Assembly: GCA_020847275.1 (NCBI GenBank)
Contig: JADLCI010000007.1
Span: forward strand, 27,814 to 91,813
From: Candidatus Nomurabacteria bacterium
Lineage (GTDB): Bacteria > Patescibacteriota > Minisyncoccia > Phycocordibacterales > JACOZG01
Direction of reading: 5' to 3'
Length of the DNA stretch: 64,000 nt
Shown here: piece by piece, positions 44,890 through 53,861 of the stretch
How positions within the stretch are numbered: position 1 is the first letter of the stretch
Layout of the letters: the number at the start of each line of letters is the position of its first letter
The notes under the pieces: generated by a model
Databases searched by the model: none
What the model was told of the DNA's origin: nothing
The model's input: only the letters and a program-made list of their open reading frames with translations
Program-made: the position numbers and the translations under genes

Positions 44890-44934
44890 AGAAAATAGCG
44901 CTGATGTTGTTTATTCAAGTCAGCGCTATTTTCT
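44890..44934 (+). terminator. 15-bp inverted repeat, terminator-like
   Basis: AGAAAATAGCGCTGA / TCAGCGCTATTTTCT. Confidence 0.7.
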
Positions 44935-44979
44935 TGTCACTTTTGGTTATTATCGGCCTAATTTACGGTTACGCCCACC

Positions 44980-45903
44980 ATTTTTAATTTTAAAAAAAAT
45001 GTTCCCCTTGGGAAGTTGACCACCTTTGGTATTGGTGGTTACGCTGCCTACTATATTCGTGTCGTTGAGCCAGAAGAACTAGCTTTTGTGGTTCGTGAGA
45101 CGCGTAAATTGCGGATTCCATTTCGTCTGATTGCGGGTGGAAGCAATGTTGTTTTCTCGGATGAAACTTTTGTCGGCCTAATAATTCATTTTGTTCAAAA
45201 TAACTCCAAAATTTTTAGTAAAAAAGGAACTTTGGATGTGGCCGCTAATCTTGGTTTGATGAAGTTGATTCAAAGTAGCATCAAGGATGGGTTGGCGGGA
45301 TTGGAATCATTGTCTGGGATTCCTGGTTCCGTGGGCGGTGCGATTGTCGGTAATGCTGGCGCATACGGTCAAAGTATCTCGGATCATCTTACCGAGGTCC
45401 AGATTTTTGACGGAAGGAACGTGCGGTGGTTGAAAAAGAGCGAGTGCCACTTTGCTTATCGTGATAGCGCCTTTAAACGAGAAAAGAGAAAATGGTTGGT
45501 TCTGCGTGCCAGGTTTAAATTGAAGAATGGCGATAGTAAGAAGTTGCTGAAGAAATCGCAACAAATTATCACCACGAGAAATATGAAATATAATCCAAGC
45601 ATGAAGTGTCCTGGGAGTTTCTTTAAGAATGTGCAAGTGAAGAACATTTCTACGTCTGCTTTAAATAAGATAGATAAAAATAAAATTCGGGACGGGAAGA
45701 TTCCTGCCGGGTACTTATTAGAAGTGGTTGGCGCTTGTGGTATGAAAATGGGTAAAATTGAAGTAGCAAGTTTCCACGGCAATTTACTGATAAACAGGGG
45801 CGGAGGTAAATTTGCTGATGTGAAAAAGTTGTCTAGGGCACTTAAAAATAGGGTTTATAAAAAATTTGGCATAAGATTAGAAGAAGAAGTGAGATATCTG
45901 TAA
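44980..45903 (+). CDS. murB: UDP-N-acetylmuramate dehydrogenase (start codon uncertain)
   Basis: NVPLGKLTTFGIGG, GGSNV, GIPGSVGGA..GNAGAYG, YRDS, GSFFKN, HGN and LEEEV motifs. The homologous sequence extends upstream of the first canonical start (TTG 45016). Confidence 0.9.
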   Translation: MFNFKKNVPLGKLTTFGIGGYAAYYIRVVEPEELAFVVRETRKLRIPFRLIAGGSNVVFSDETFVGLIIHFVQNNSKIFSKKGTLDVAANLGLMKLIQSSIKDGLAGLESLSGIPGSVGGAIVGNAGAYGQSISDHLTEVQIFDGRNVRWLKKSECHFAYRDSAFKREKRKWLVLRARFKLKNGDSKKLLKKSQQIITTRNMKYNPSMKCPGSFFKNVQVKNISTSALNKIDKNKIRDGKIPAGYLLEVVGACGMKMGKIEVASFHGNLLINRGGGKFADVKKLSRALKNRVYKKFGIRLEEEVRYL

Positions 45904-45944
45904 TCTTTTTTTATCCCAAAAATCGTGGTAGAGTTGGAGGTCAA

Positions 45945-47339
45945 ATGTCCGAATTAATTCCTACAATTGGGCTAGAAATTCATGCCGAGCTGAAGACGCA
46001 AACTAAGATGTTTTGCCGTTCCAGGAATGACCCAGATGAGAATCGGCCGAATGTGAATGTTTGTCCAGTTTGTCTCGCGCATCCTGGGGTTCTTCCGACC
46101 ATTAATAAGAAGGCGGTTGAGCATGTTTTACGCACGGGTGTGGCGCTCGGCGGGACGCTCGCTGATTACACGGAGTTTGATCGCAAGAACTATTTCTATC
46201 CCGACATTCCTAAGGGTTATCAGATTAGTCAGTATCAGTTTCCCCTCATTTCTGGTGGTGCTTTGCAGGGGGTTCAGTTGACTCGGATTCATCTAGAAGA
46301 AGACACAGCTAGTAATCAGCACTCGGATTCCGCTGATGAGAGTTTGGTGGATTTCAACCGTGCGGGTGTTCCACTAATGGAGCTGGTAACCGAGCCGGTG
46401 ATAACTTCCGCAAAACAGGCCGTGGATTTTTCACGGGAGTTACAATTATTATTACGTTATCTCAATGTAAGCGAGGCGAATATGGAGAAAGGTGAGATGC
46501 GGGTGGAGGCGAATATTTCTATCGCCCGAGCTGGAGAGAGGGGGACGAAGGTAGAAGTAAAAAATCTAAACTCATTCCGTGCAGTGGAAAGGGCGATTGA
46601 TTATGAGTTATTGAGACAGAGGAAGATTGTCGAATCTGGCGAAAGGGTGGCTCAAGAGACTCGAGGGTGGGATGAGGTCAAACAAAATACTTTCTCGCAG
46701 AGGAAAAAAGAATCATCTCATGACTATCGTTATTTTCCAGATCCAGATTTACCAAAACTGAGGATTTCTGAAATCCCAGGATTTAGTAAAGATAATTTAC
46801 AAAAGACAATTCCTGAATTACCGTGGCAGAGGAGAGAGAAATTGTTGGGGTTGGGGATCCAGAGACAGGACGCGGAACAGTATGTGGCTGATTTGGGGCT
46901 GGGTAACTATTTTGAGAAAGTGGTTAATGAGCTGGGAGAAGCGAGTTTGCTGAAAATAGCGTCTAATTTTATCTCAAACGACATTGTTGGTTTATTGAAA
47001 AGGGAGAAGAATCTCAAATTGCCGACGGTTTCCAGTTTTGTGAAGATTGTGAGATTGTTTAGTGAAAAGAAATTTAATTCGCGACAGGCGAAAGATGCGA
47101 TCGAAAGTCTGGTGAAAGAGGGGAAGGAAGCGGAAGAGGTGCGCGGCACTGATTTAAGCGAAGTTGTTGCAAAAGTGATTGCCGATAATCCTAACGTGGT
47201 TACTGACTACAAAAGCGGCAAGGAGTCAGCCCTGCAGTTTCTCATTGGTCGGGGGATGAAAGAAAGTAAGGGCAGCGCAAACCCTGAGGCGTTGAAGGAG
47301 TCACTTATCAACTCTTTATCCACTGGTTCTGCACTTTAA
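45945..47339 (+). CDS. gatB: Asp-tRNA(Asn)/Glu-tRNA(Gln) amidotransferase subunit B
   Basis: IGLEIHAEL, FDRKNYFYPD, RIHLEED, NRAGVPLMELVTEP and YRYFPDPDLP motifs. Confidence 0.97.
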   Translation: MSELIPTIGLEIHAELKTQTKMFCRSRNDPDENRPNVNVCPVCLAHPGVLPTINKKAVEHVLRTGVALGGTLADYTEFDRKNYFYPDIPKGYQISQYQFPLISGGALQGVQLTRIHLEEDTASNQHSDSADESLVDFNRAGVPLMELVTEPVITSAKQAVDFSRELQLLLRYLNVSEANMEKGEMRVEANISIARAGERGTKVEVKNLNSFRAVERAIDYELLRQRKIVESGERVAQETRGWDEVKQNTFSQRKKESSHDYRYFPDPDLPKLRISEIPGFSKDNLQKTIPELPWQRREKLLGLGIQRQDAEQYVADLGLGNYFEKVVNELGEASLLKIASNFISNDIVGLLKREKNLKLPTVSSFVKIVRLFSEKKFNSRQAKDAIESLVKEGKEAEEVRGTDLSEVVAKVIADNPNVVTDYKSGKESALQFLIGRGMKESKGSANPEALKESLINSLSTGSAL

Positions 47340-47354
47340 GCCAGATTTTGTCTC

Positions 47355-47382
47355 TTGACGTCTAGAATGGCGGCGCGATAAT
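47355..47382 (+). promoter_or_regulatory. Putative promoter of the 6S-like RNA
   Basis: TTGACG (47355-47360), 16 bp spacer, GATAAT (47377-47382); the predicted start falls at the base of the rod. Confidence 0.5.
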
Positions 47383-47389
47383 TGGGACA

Positions 47390-47530
47390 GTTCACTGGAG
47401 TGGTAGGGGACATTCCTAGCATAGAAAATAAAAAGGTTCCCAAATCGTCACGTTGTAGCTTTGGTTGCAACGCGTCTGCAGGAACCAACTTGTCTAAACG
47501 AGGACATTCCTCCACTTCACTCTGGTGAGC
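47390..47530 (+). ncRNA. Putative 6S-like RNA (rod with a central bubble)
   Basis: Closing stem 47390-47402/47518-47530, central unpaired region 47418-47434/47487-47500, GGTTCC/GGAACC inner stem and apical CGTTGTAGC-TTTG-GTTGCAACG hairpin. Confidence 0.6.
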
Positions 47531-47539
47531 GAGGTAACG

Positions 47540-47580
47540 CACCAAGATCTGGCCTTTGGGCCGGGTCTTGGTGTCTCTTT
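47540..47580 (+). terminator. Intrinsic terminator after the rod RNA
   Basis: CACCAAGATCTGGCC-TTTG-GGCCGGGTCTTGGTG (15 bp with G-U pairs), then TCTCTTT. Confidence 0.7.
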
Positions 47581-47598
47581 GTCTTCGCACTAATTCGC

Positions 47599-47626
47599 TT
47601 GACTTTTTCTTTCACCTGTGTATACT
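47599..47626 (+). promoter_or_regulatory. Sigma70-type promoter of the RRM gene, followed by a hairpin-forming leader
   Basis: TTGACT, 16 bp spacer, TATACT; the leader can pair TTTTCTCTCGCGA with TCGCGGGGAAGG. Confidence 0.6.
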
Positions 47627-47705
47627 TGATAGCGTAAGTGTTTTCTCTCGCGATCTTCGCGGGGAAGGTCGCCCTTACACAAGCTAGTGAAAGAATAGAA
47701 GATCA

Positions 47706-48008
47706 ATGGCTAAGAAATTGTATGTTGGCGGGTTGCCTTACACAACCACTGAAGATGCGCTGAAGAGTGCATTCGCTCAGGCTGGTGCTGTGGAGACAGC
47801 CAACATCATCATGGATCGTATGACCGGTCGCTCTAAGGGCTTCGGGTTCGTGCAGATGACTGATGATGCTGAAGCTGACAAAGCGATTGAGATGTGGAAT
47901 GGGAAAGAATTTGAGGGTCGTAAACTGACCGTCAATGAAGCTCGTCCGCTGGAGGCTCGTCCTCCTCGCCGAAATGGCGGTTTCGATCGCGGTGGCAACA
48001 ACTGGTAA
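47706..48008 (+). CDS. RRM (RNP-1) RNA-binding protein with a Gly/Arg-rich tail
   Basis: RNP2 LYVGGL and RNP1 KGFGFVQM; LTVNEARP. Confidence 0.95.
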   Translation: MAKKLYVGGLPYTTTEDALKSAFAQAGAVETANIIMDRMTGRSKGFGFVQMTDDAEADKAIEMWNGKEFEGRKLTVNEARPLEARPPRRNGGFDRGGNNW

Positions 48009-48025
48009 TTAATCAGTTTTGCTGA

Positions 48026-48057
48026 AGAAAAGCCCCGCCTTACGGCGGGGCTTTTCT
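48026..48057 (+). terminator. Intrinsic terminator
   Basis: AGAAAAGCCCCGCC-TTAC-GGCGGGGCTTTTCT, a perfect 14-bp stem. Confidence 0.9.
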
Positions 48058-48105
48058 GTGCTAGAGTTAATTTCGGTTGTTCTTTCTATACAAGGAGAAA
48101 ATGAT

Positions 48106-48972
48106 ATGAGTAAGTCAGCACAGGTTTTCGTTTTTTTTGTCGTCGTCGTCCCGTTCGTTGCACTTGGTCTGGCGGTTTGGCTCTGGTTAAGTCGGGGGTT
48201 AGACTCATTCTATCTCTGGCTGTTTCTTGGGAGGTATCTGGCTACTGGTTTTGGGATTACAGTTGGGTTTCACCGATTGTTTACACACCGTTCTTTCGAG
48301 ACCACCAAGGTAATTAGATTTCTGCTAGCCGTCCTTGGATCAATGTCGGTTCAGGGTCCGATCATTCAGTGGGTGGCTGCGCACCGCAGACATCATGAAC
48401 ACAGCGATAAGGAGGGTGATCCACATTCTCCCAATCTTCACGCGAAAGGTTTATGGGGATTTCTTGGTGGTCTGTGGCACGCCCACACTGGATGGCTTTT
48501 CACTTTTCCAGCCCAGAAGTATCAACGGTACGCCAATGATTTGGTGAAGGATAGGATGATAAATCGGATTAGTCGACTTTTTCCGCTGTGGGTTGTGCTT
48601 GGTCTCGTCATACCGGCAGCAATCGGTGGCTTGGTCAGTAGCACTTGGCAAGGCGTAGGTCTCGGTTTCCTTTGGGGTGGATTGGTGGGGGTTTTCTTCG
48701 TCCATCATGTCACCTGGAGCGTAAACTCGGTCTGCCATTTATGGGGGACACGACCTCATGAAACAACAGATAAGAGTCGCAACAACCCAATCTTTGCGCC
48801 ACTGGCTTGGGGCGAGGGTGCTCATAACACCCATCATGCTTTTCCCCAATCTGCGCGCCACGGCTTTCGTTGGTGGGAGTTTGATTCTAGTTACCTTATA
48901 ATTAAGTTGCTTGCTTATCTCAAGCTTGCCTGGGATATTAAATTACCCCGACAAGCGACCCCGCCCAACTAG
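48106..48972 (+). CDS. Membrane fatty-acid (acyl-CoA/acyl-lipid) Delta-9-like desaturase
   Basis: Three His boxes HRLFTH, HRRHH and HNTHH; GDPHSP and VNSVCH motifs; SD AAGGAG at 48092-48097. Confidence 0.92.
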   Translation: MSKSAQVFVFFVVVVPFVALGLAVWLWLSRGLDSFYLWLFLGRYLATGFGITVGFHRLFTHRSFETTKVIRFLLAVLGSMSVQGPIIQWVAAHRRHHEHSDKEGDPHSPNLHAKGLWGFLGGLWHAHTGWLFTFPAQKYQRYANDLVKDRMINRISRLFPLWVVLGLVIPAAIGGLVSSTWQGVGLGFLWGGLVGVFFVHHVTWSVNSVCHLWGTRPHETTDKSRNNPIFAPLAWGEGAHNTHHAFPQSARHGFRWWEFDSSYLIIKLLAYLKLAWDIKLPRQATPPN

Positions 48973-48985
48973 GGCGGGGTTCTTA
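48957..48985 (+). terminator. Terminator overlapping the desaturase stop codon
   Basis: GACCCCGCCC-AACTA-GGGCGGGGTT followed by CTTATTT. Confidence 0.75.
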
Positions 48986-49045
48986 TTTGCCAAAAATATT
49001 TTTATCTGCTATATTTTACGTTCGCCTATTTCTGGCGAAATTTTT

Positions 49046-50863
49046 ATGAAAATTAGGAATGTCGCAATTATCGCCCACGTCGACCACGGCAAGACCACAC
49101 TTGTGGACGCTCTTTTACGCCAGTCAAAAACGAAAATTTCTAAGGAAACCGTGGAGAAGGGTGACCTGATCATGGATTCCAATGATCTAGAGCGGGAGCG
49201 GGGTATTACAATTTTTTCAAAAAACGCGAGTGTTAATTGGGACGGAGTGAAGATAAACATCATTGATACTCCTGGTCACGCGGATTTCGGTGGAGAGGTG
49301 GAACGCGTTTTAAAAATGGCGGATGGAGCACTTCTTCTAGTCGACGCAAAAGAGGGCCCAATGCCCCAAACAAGGTTTGTTCTTAAGAAAGCCCTCAACC
49401 TCGGTTTAAAGGTCATTGTCGTTGTGAATAAGATTGATAAACCCGGAAGTCGTCCAGATTGGGCTCTAGAAGAGACGCTCGGTCTTTTCTTGGATCTGGG
49501 TGCAAACGATGAGCAGGCGGACTTTCCGGTACTTTATGCCTCTGGGCGTGCCGGCGTGGCAGGTGTGACACCAAAACTAGAAGAGATGAAGGATATCGCG
49601 CCTGTTTTTGATACGATCTTGAAGGAAATTAAAGCGCCGGAGGGTGATGTTGACGGGTCGCTCCAAATGCTTGTCACCACCGTCTTTGCTGATGAATGGA
49701 AGGGGCGTATTGCTACGGGTCGTATCTATCGTGGAACGATTCGGGCCGGACAAGAAGTTGCGCATATCAATCGAGAGGGCTTGGTTTCGAAAGAGCGCCT
49801 GGTTTCTCTTATGACATTCGATGGTCTTGGCCGTATTGAAACGGCAGAGGCGCAGGTGGGAGATATTGTCGCGATTGCTGGGTTGCCGGATGTGACGATT
49901 GGTGAAACGATTGCTGATATTGCTAACCCAGAGGCGCTACCATTGTTATCGATTGAAGAGCCAACTGTGAAAGTAACTTTTCTGCCTAACGATTCACCTT
50001 GGGCTGGTCGCGAAGGTCAATTTACCACTTCGCGTGAACTGCGTGAACGACTTTATAAAGAGTTGGAGAATGATATGGCGTTAAGGGTTGACGATATTGC
50101 TGGCGGTAAGGGTTGGATTGTGTCTGGAAGAGGGGAACTACATCTTGCGATTTTAATAGAAAGATTGCGTCGGGAGGGCTATGAGTTGCAGGTTTCCCGA
50201 CCACAAGTAATTACAAAGGTGGAGAATGGTGTAGAGGTTGTACCGTTTGAAGAAGTGTTTGTCGAAACACCGGAGGCCTATTCTGGCGTGGTGATTGAGA
50301 AGATGGGTAAACGGCATGGACAGATGGCAGACTTCCGACTAGAGAACGGAATTGCTCATCTCAAATTTACCATTCCCACCCGCGGACTTTTTGGCTATCG
50401 AAATGAGTTTCTCACCGACACCAAGGGTTTGGGGATTATGAATACTCTTTTTCTCGATTATCGTGAAGATAAGCAAACCTGGAGTGAGAAGGAGCGTGGC
50501 TCTCTGGTGGCGAGCGACGCGGGACAGACGCTTCTCTATTCGCTTGTTAGTCTTCAGGAACGGGGAACCCTTTTCTATGGCCCTGGGGCGCAGGTTTATG
50601 TGGGTCAAGTGGTGGGCGAGCATTCACGGTCGGGGGATTTACGGGTGAATCCATGTAAAGCTAAACAATTATCTAATATGCGGTCCAAAGGTGATGGTGG
50701 GACGGAACACTTTGACAAGCCACATACGATGAATCTGGAAGAAGCTCTAGAGTATATCGGGGGCGATGAATTGGTGGAGGTAACTCCCAAGAATGTTCGT
50801 ATTCGCAAGATAATTCTTGATGAAGCTGAGGCGCGTCGCTTGGCGAGAGGAATTAAGAATTAA
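49046..50863 (+). CDS. typA: Translational GTPase TypA/BipA
   Basis: IAHVDHGKTTLVD, DTPGHADFGGEVER, GPMPQTRFVL, SGRGELHL and EVTPKNVRIRK motifs. Confidence 0.96.
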   Translation: MKIRNVAIIAHVDHGKTTLVDALLRQSKTKISKETVEKGDLIMDSNDLERERGITIFSKNASVNWDGVKINIIDTPGHADFGGEVERVLKMADGALLLVDAKEGPMPQTRFVLKKALNLGLKVIVVVNKIDKPGSRPDWALEETLGLFLDLGANDEQADFPVLYASGRAGVAGVTPKLEEMKDIAPVFDTILKEIKAPEGDVDGSLQMLVTTVFADEWKGRIATGRIYRGTIRAGQEVAHINREGLVSKERLVSLMTFDGLGRIETAEAQVGDIVAIAGLPDVTIGETIADIANPEALPLLSIEEPTVKVTFLPNDSPWAGREGQFTTSRELRERLYKELENDMALRVDDIAGGKGWIVSGRGELHLAILIERLRREGYELQVSRPQVITKVENGVEVVPFEEVFVETPEAYSGVVIEKMGKRHGQMADFRLENGIAHLKFTIPTRGLFGYRNEFLTDTKGLGIMNTLFLDYREDKQTWSEKERGSLVASDAGQTLLYSLVSLQERGTLFYGPGAQVYVGQVVGEHSRSGDLRVNPCKAKQLSNMRSKGDGGTEHFDKPHTMNLEEALEYIGGDELVEVTPKNVRIRKIILDEAEARRLARGIKN

Positions 50864-50878
50864 TTTTTTCAAAAAAAG

Positions 50879-50908
50879 AACCGCCACGGTGAAGACCGGG
50901 GCGGTTTT
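50879..50908. terminator. Bidirectional terminator between convergent genes
   Basis: AACCGCC.CGGT-GAAG-ACCG.GGCGGTT with an A-run before and a T-run after. Confidence 0.7.
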
Positions 50909-50930
50909 AGTTTGATGCCGGGGTTAACTG

Positions 50931-51182
50931 TTAGTCAACACAGACAAGACAATCGACAGGAACGTGAGTTGTTTGGTTCGGGTGTACGCCCTCGATTCTT
51001 GCGTCGTCTCCCAAGAAGCCAATAAGGCAGAAAACGCCACCCGGAGACTTTCCTGGTAAGTTCGCCAGAATTTTTGCTCTGGCCTCAGCTGTCCTGGGGT
51101 GCTTTTGGTCTAATCTAACCACAAATGGACTCGGGGCAAAATCACGAAGTTCTGTTCTCTCTTGTCCAGCAAGCATCAGCAT
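50931..51182 (-). CDS. Small hypothetical protein (83 aa)
   Basis: GGAGG SD (51186-51190, minus strand) just upstream of tandem ATGs; ends at a terminator. Confidence 0.5.
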   Translation of the reverse strand: MLMLAGQERTELRDFAPSPFVVRLDQKHPRTAEARAKILANLPGKSPGGVFCLIGFLGDDARIEGVHPNQTTHVPVDCLVCVD

Positions 51183-51252
51183 CTGCCTCCATAAAAGAAA
51201 ATAAGGAACTCCCCAATGGGAGATATTATCATATGGTATAATAAAGTCCAAT

Positions 51253-52188
51253 ATGGATGAACAAATTAAGGATTTCAGCAAGCAGTTGGCCTGGCGACCG
51301 GAAATTGTAAATCATGATAGATTGGAGAAGAGAACAAAATTTATTCTTTGTGGTATGGGCGGGTCGACATTGGCCGCTGGCTTATTGAAGGTTGCTGAAC
51401 CCAAGTTGGATCTATTGATCCACCGCGATTATGGCTTGCCACGTGTACCAGATTATTTTCTCCACGAGAGTGTAATCATTTTGAGTTCTTACTCTGGTAA
51501 TACTGTGGAGGTGCTAGATGTTGGACGAGAAGCATTAGAATTCGGCTTACATCTCGCCGTCGTCACTAGCGGTGGAAAGTTATTGGATTGGGCGAAGAAA
51601 AATGATTTGCCCTACATTGTTTTGCCGTCCGGTTCACAACCACGGATGGCGCTGGGGTATTTCTGTAAAGCTTTAGCCATGTTGTTGGGCGACAGTCGTC
51701 TATTGGCGACATTGGGCACGACGACGATTTCTTCTGCGTTGCTTGAGGCGGCCGGGGAGACATTGGCCAATAAATTGAGAAATAAAATTCCCGTTATTTA
51801 TTCTTCGACACTAAACTACCCACTTGCCTATCACTGGAAAATTTCTTTCAACGAGACGGCGAAGGTCTCTGCCTTCGCCAACGCTTTCCCCGAACTCAAC
51901 CATAATGAAATGCAAAGTCAGTTTGACCCGAATCAATTCAGTTTCATTTTCTTACGCGACGGCAGTCATGACCCCAGAATTGAAGACCGGCTGGATAAGC
52001 TCAAGGTGCTTTATGAGCGCGCGGGTCTGGGAGTTGAAGTGATTCAAATCACCGGCACGACGGTCTGGGAAAAAATTTTCCACTCCGTTATTCTTGCCGA
52101 ATGGACGGTGCTTCACCTTGCCCGCGTCCGCCAAGTTGATCCCGAAACCGTGCCGTTGATTGAGGAGTTTAAGAAGTCGCTGGTGTAG
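51253..52188 (+). CDS. Bifunctional phosphoglucose/phosphomannose isomerase (SIS domain)
   Basis: CGMGGS, SSYSGNT.E, QPRMA, NETAK and PELNHNE motifs. Confidence 0.9.
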   Translation: MDEQIKDFSKQLAWRPEIVNHDRLEKRTKFILCGMGGSTLAAGLLKVAEPKLDLLIHRDYGLPRVPDYFLHESVIILSSYSGNTVEVLDVGREALEFGLHLAVVTSGGKLLDWAKKNDLPYIVLPSGSQPRMALGYFCKALAMLLGDSRLLATLGTTTISSALLEAAGETLANKLRNKIPVIYSSTLNYPLAYHWKISFNETAKVSAFANAFPELNHNEMQSQFDPNQFSFIFLRDGSHDPRIEDRLDKLKVLYERAGLGVEVIQITGTTVWEKIFHSVILAEWTVLHLARVRQVDPETVPLIEEFKKSLV

Positions 52189-52978
52189 AAGTAGCGGTGA
52201 GGCGAAAGGTGGAGAGGATTTTGTTGAATATCTCTTCTTTCTCCTCCAGCTCAGTCTCATTTGTGTAGCCCGCAACTATAATCTGATTCTCGTTTAGATT
52301 AAAGACAGACAAGAATACATAATTGTCATGACCATCTGAGTATTCTGTGCCTTCTGCGTATTTCAAATACTGGATTGACGTTTCGACACCAAACACAACT
52401 ATTTGTTTTCTGGGTTTATAGTCTATCCACCCAGCGAATCCTATCGCAGCTAGATCAATTTCCAAGTTCACCGAGAGGTTGGGTTCTTGACTTTTTATTT
52501 TTAATCCAAATTTCCTAATCATCACAGGAGATGGTTCCATTAACGCAATCTCACCCGGATACTCGAATTCAAATCCGTACTCTTCGTTGCGATAAGTCTG
52601 CCAACCCGCCGTCTCGTCAATAACTGGTTCTGGTAGATAAGTTGTTGGTTCGGTGGTCACAGTTATGTCTTGGAAGGTTTCTGGATTGTTACCTAGCCAC
52701 CTGCTCAATAAATTCGGCTGATAGAACGCGACATAAGCACCCGCACCAGAAGCAAGCAAGAGTAGGACAAGGAAGGTAATCAAAACGGGGTGAGACTTAC
52801 TCGTCCGGATGGTGGGCGAGGGAACATTTTGTTCTTTTTGCCATTCGGCCGCATTGAAGGCAATCGCAATTTCCTTCTCGTTAATATTATTAAGCCGAAG
52901 GATCTGCTCAATTTCCACCCGACTCTTGCCCTGAATAAGTTGCGAGCGGATAAACTCAATTAGTTGTTCGGGGTTCAT
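52169..52978 (-). CDS. Single-pass membrane protein with a PsbP-like extracellular domain
   Basis: Cytoplasmic N-domain, one TM helix, WQTYRNEEYGFEFEYP...FNKILSTFRL. Confidence 0.65.
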   Translation of the reverse strand: MNPEQLIEFIRSQLIQGKSRVEIEQILRLNNINEKEIAIAFNAAEWQKEQNVPSPTIRTSKSHPVLITFLVLLLLASGAGAYVAFYQPNLLSRWLGNNPETFQDITVTTEPTTYLPEPVIDETAGWQTYRNEEYGFEFEYPGEIALMEPSPVMIRKFGLKIKSQEPNLSVNLEIDLAAIGFAGWIDYKPRKQIVVFGVETSIQYLKYAEGTEYSDGHDNYVFLSVFNLNENQIIVAGYTNETELEEKEEIFNKILSTFRLTATSTPATS

Positions 52979-53027
52979 TTTTTTGGTTTTATTATTTCTA
53001 ATTCTATTATACACTTAAAACAAGTTT

Positions 53028-53798
53028 ATGTATCTAATATTCGATATTGGGGCGACAAAGATGCGCATTGCCGTTTCCGCAGATGGGGCGAGTTTCTCTG
53101 AACCGAAAGTGTTACCGAGTCCTGAGGGGGCAGCAGAATTGGTGTCGACTTTTGCGGATGTGGCGCAAGAATTGCTTGGGGGAAAAAAGCCAAAAGCAAT
53201 TTGTGGTGGCGTGACGCGTAAACACTACGACGCAAGAAAGGGGTTAGCAGAAATTTTTGATTGCCCGACTTATTTTGAGAACGATGCCGCCTTGGCGGCT
53301 TTGGGTGAAGCGCGCGTAGGTGCTGGTAGGGGAAAAAATATTGTTGTGTACCTGACGATCTCAACCGGTGTCGGCGGTGCACGCGTGACGAATGGACGAA
53401 TCGATGAGTCGGCTAATGGTTTTGAGCCTGGTTCGCAGATATTAAATCTAGATAATGAACAGAAAACACTGGAACAACTAGTTTCTGGTCGGAGTCTGGC
53501 AAAGAGATTTGGTAAATCACCCAAAGAGGTTTCGGATCCGGTCATTTGGGATGAGTTGGCCAGATTATTGGCACACGGTTTATACAACACCGCTGTTCAC
53601 TGGTCACCGGAGGTCATTATTTTGGGCGGGAGTATGATTCTCGGTGACCCGCGTATTGATTTGATTACGCTTGAGAAACATTTACGAGGAATTCCAAGTA
53701 TATTTTCAGATTTTCCCACTATTGCCTCGGCAGAGCTCGGTGATTTTAATGGTTTACACGGCGCTCTTCACTTTCTTCAACAAAAGCTTTCTAATTAA
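53028..53798 (+). CDS. ROK-family sugar kinase (glucokinase-like)
   Basis: FDIGATK, ENDAALAALGE, TISTGVGG and EPG motifs. Confidence 0.9.
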   Translation: MYLIFDIGATKMRIAVSADGASFSEPKVLPSPEGAAELVSTFADVAQELLGGKKPKAICGGVTRKHYDARKGLAEIFDCPTYFENDAALAALGEARVGAGRGKNIVVYLTISTGVGGARVTNGRIDESANGFEPGSQILNLDNEQKTLEQLVSGRSLAKRFGKSPKEVSDPVIWDELARLLAHGLYNTAVHWSPEVIILGGSMILGDPRIDLITLEKHLRGIPSIFSDFPTIASAELGDFNGLHGALHFLQQKLSN

Positions 53799-53801
53799 CA
53801 G

Positions 53802-53851
53802 TTATCCACTGTTTTCTGCTGTTTTATTTTTTGTTGTTTTTGGTCTAAAAT
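53802..53851 (+). promoter_or_regulatory. DnaA-box-like site and -10 box upstream of the RNR gene
   Basis: TTATCCACT (8/9 match) at 53802-53810; TAAAAT at 53846-53851. Confidence 0.45.
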
Positions 53852-53861
53852 AGAGTCTTCT

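Noticed and set aside
47336-47590. 84-aa minus-strand ORF in the gatB-RRM gap
   Set aside because: No recognisable motifs. The region has a plus-strand promoter, G-U-containing stems and a terminator, which fit an RNA gene better.
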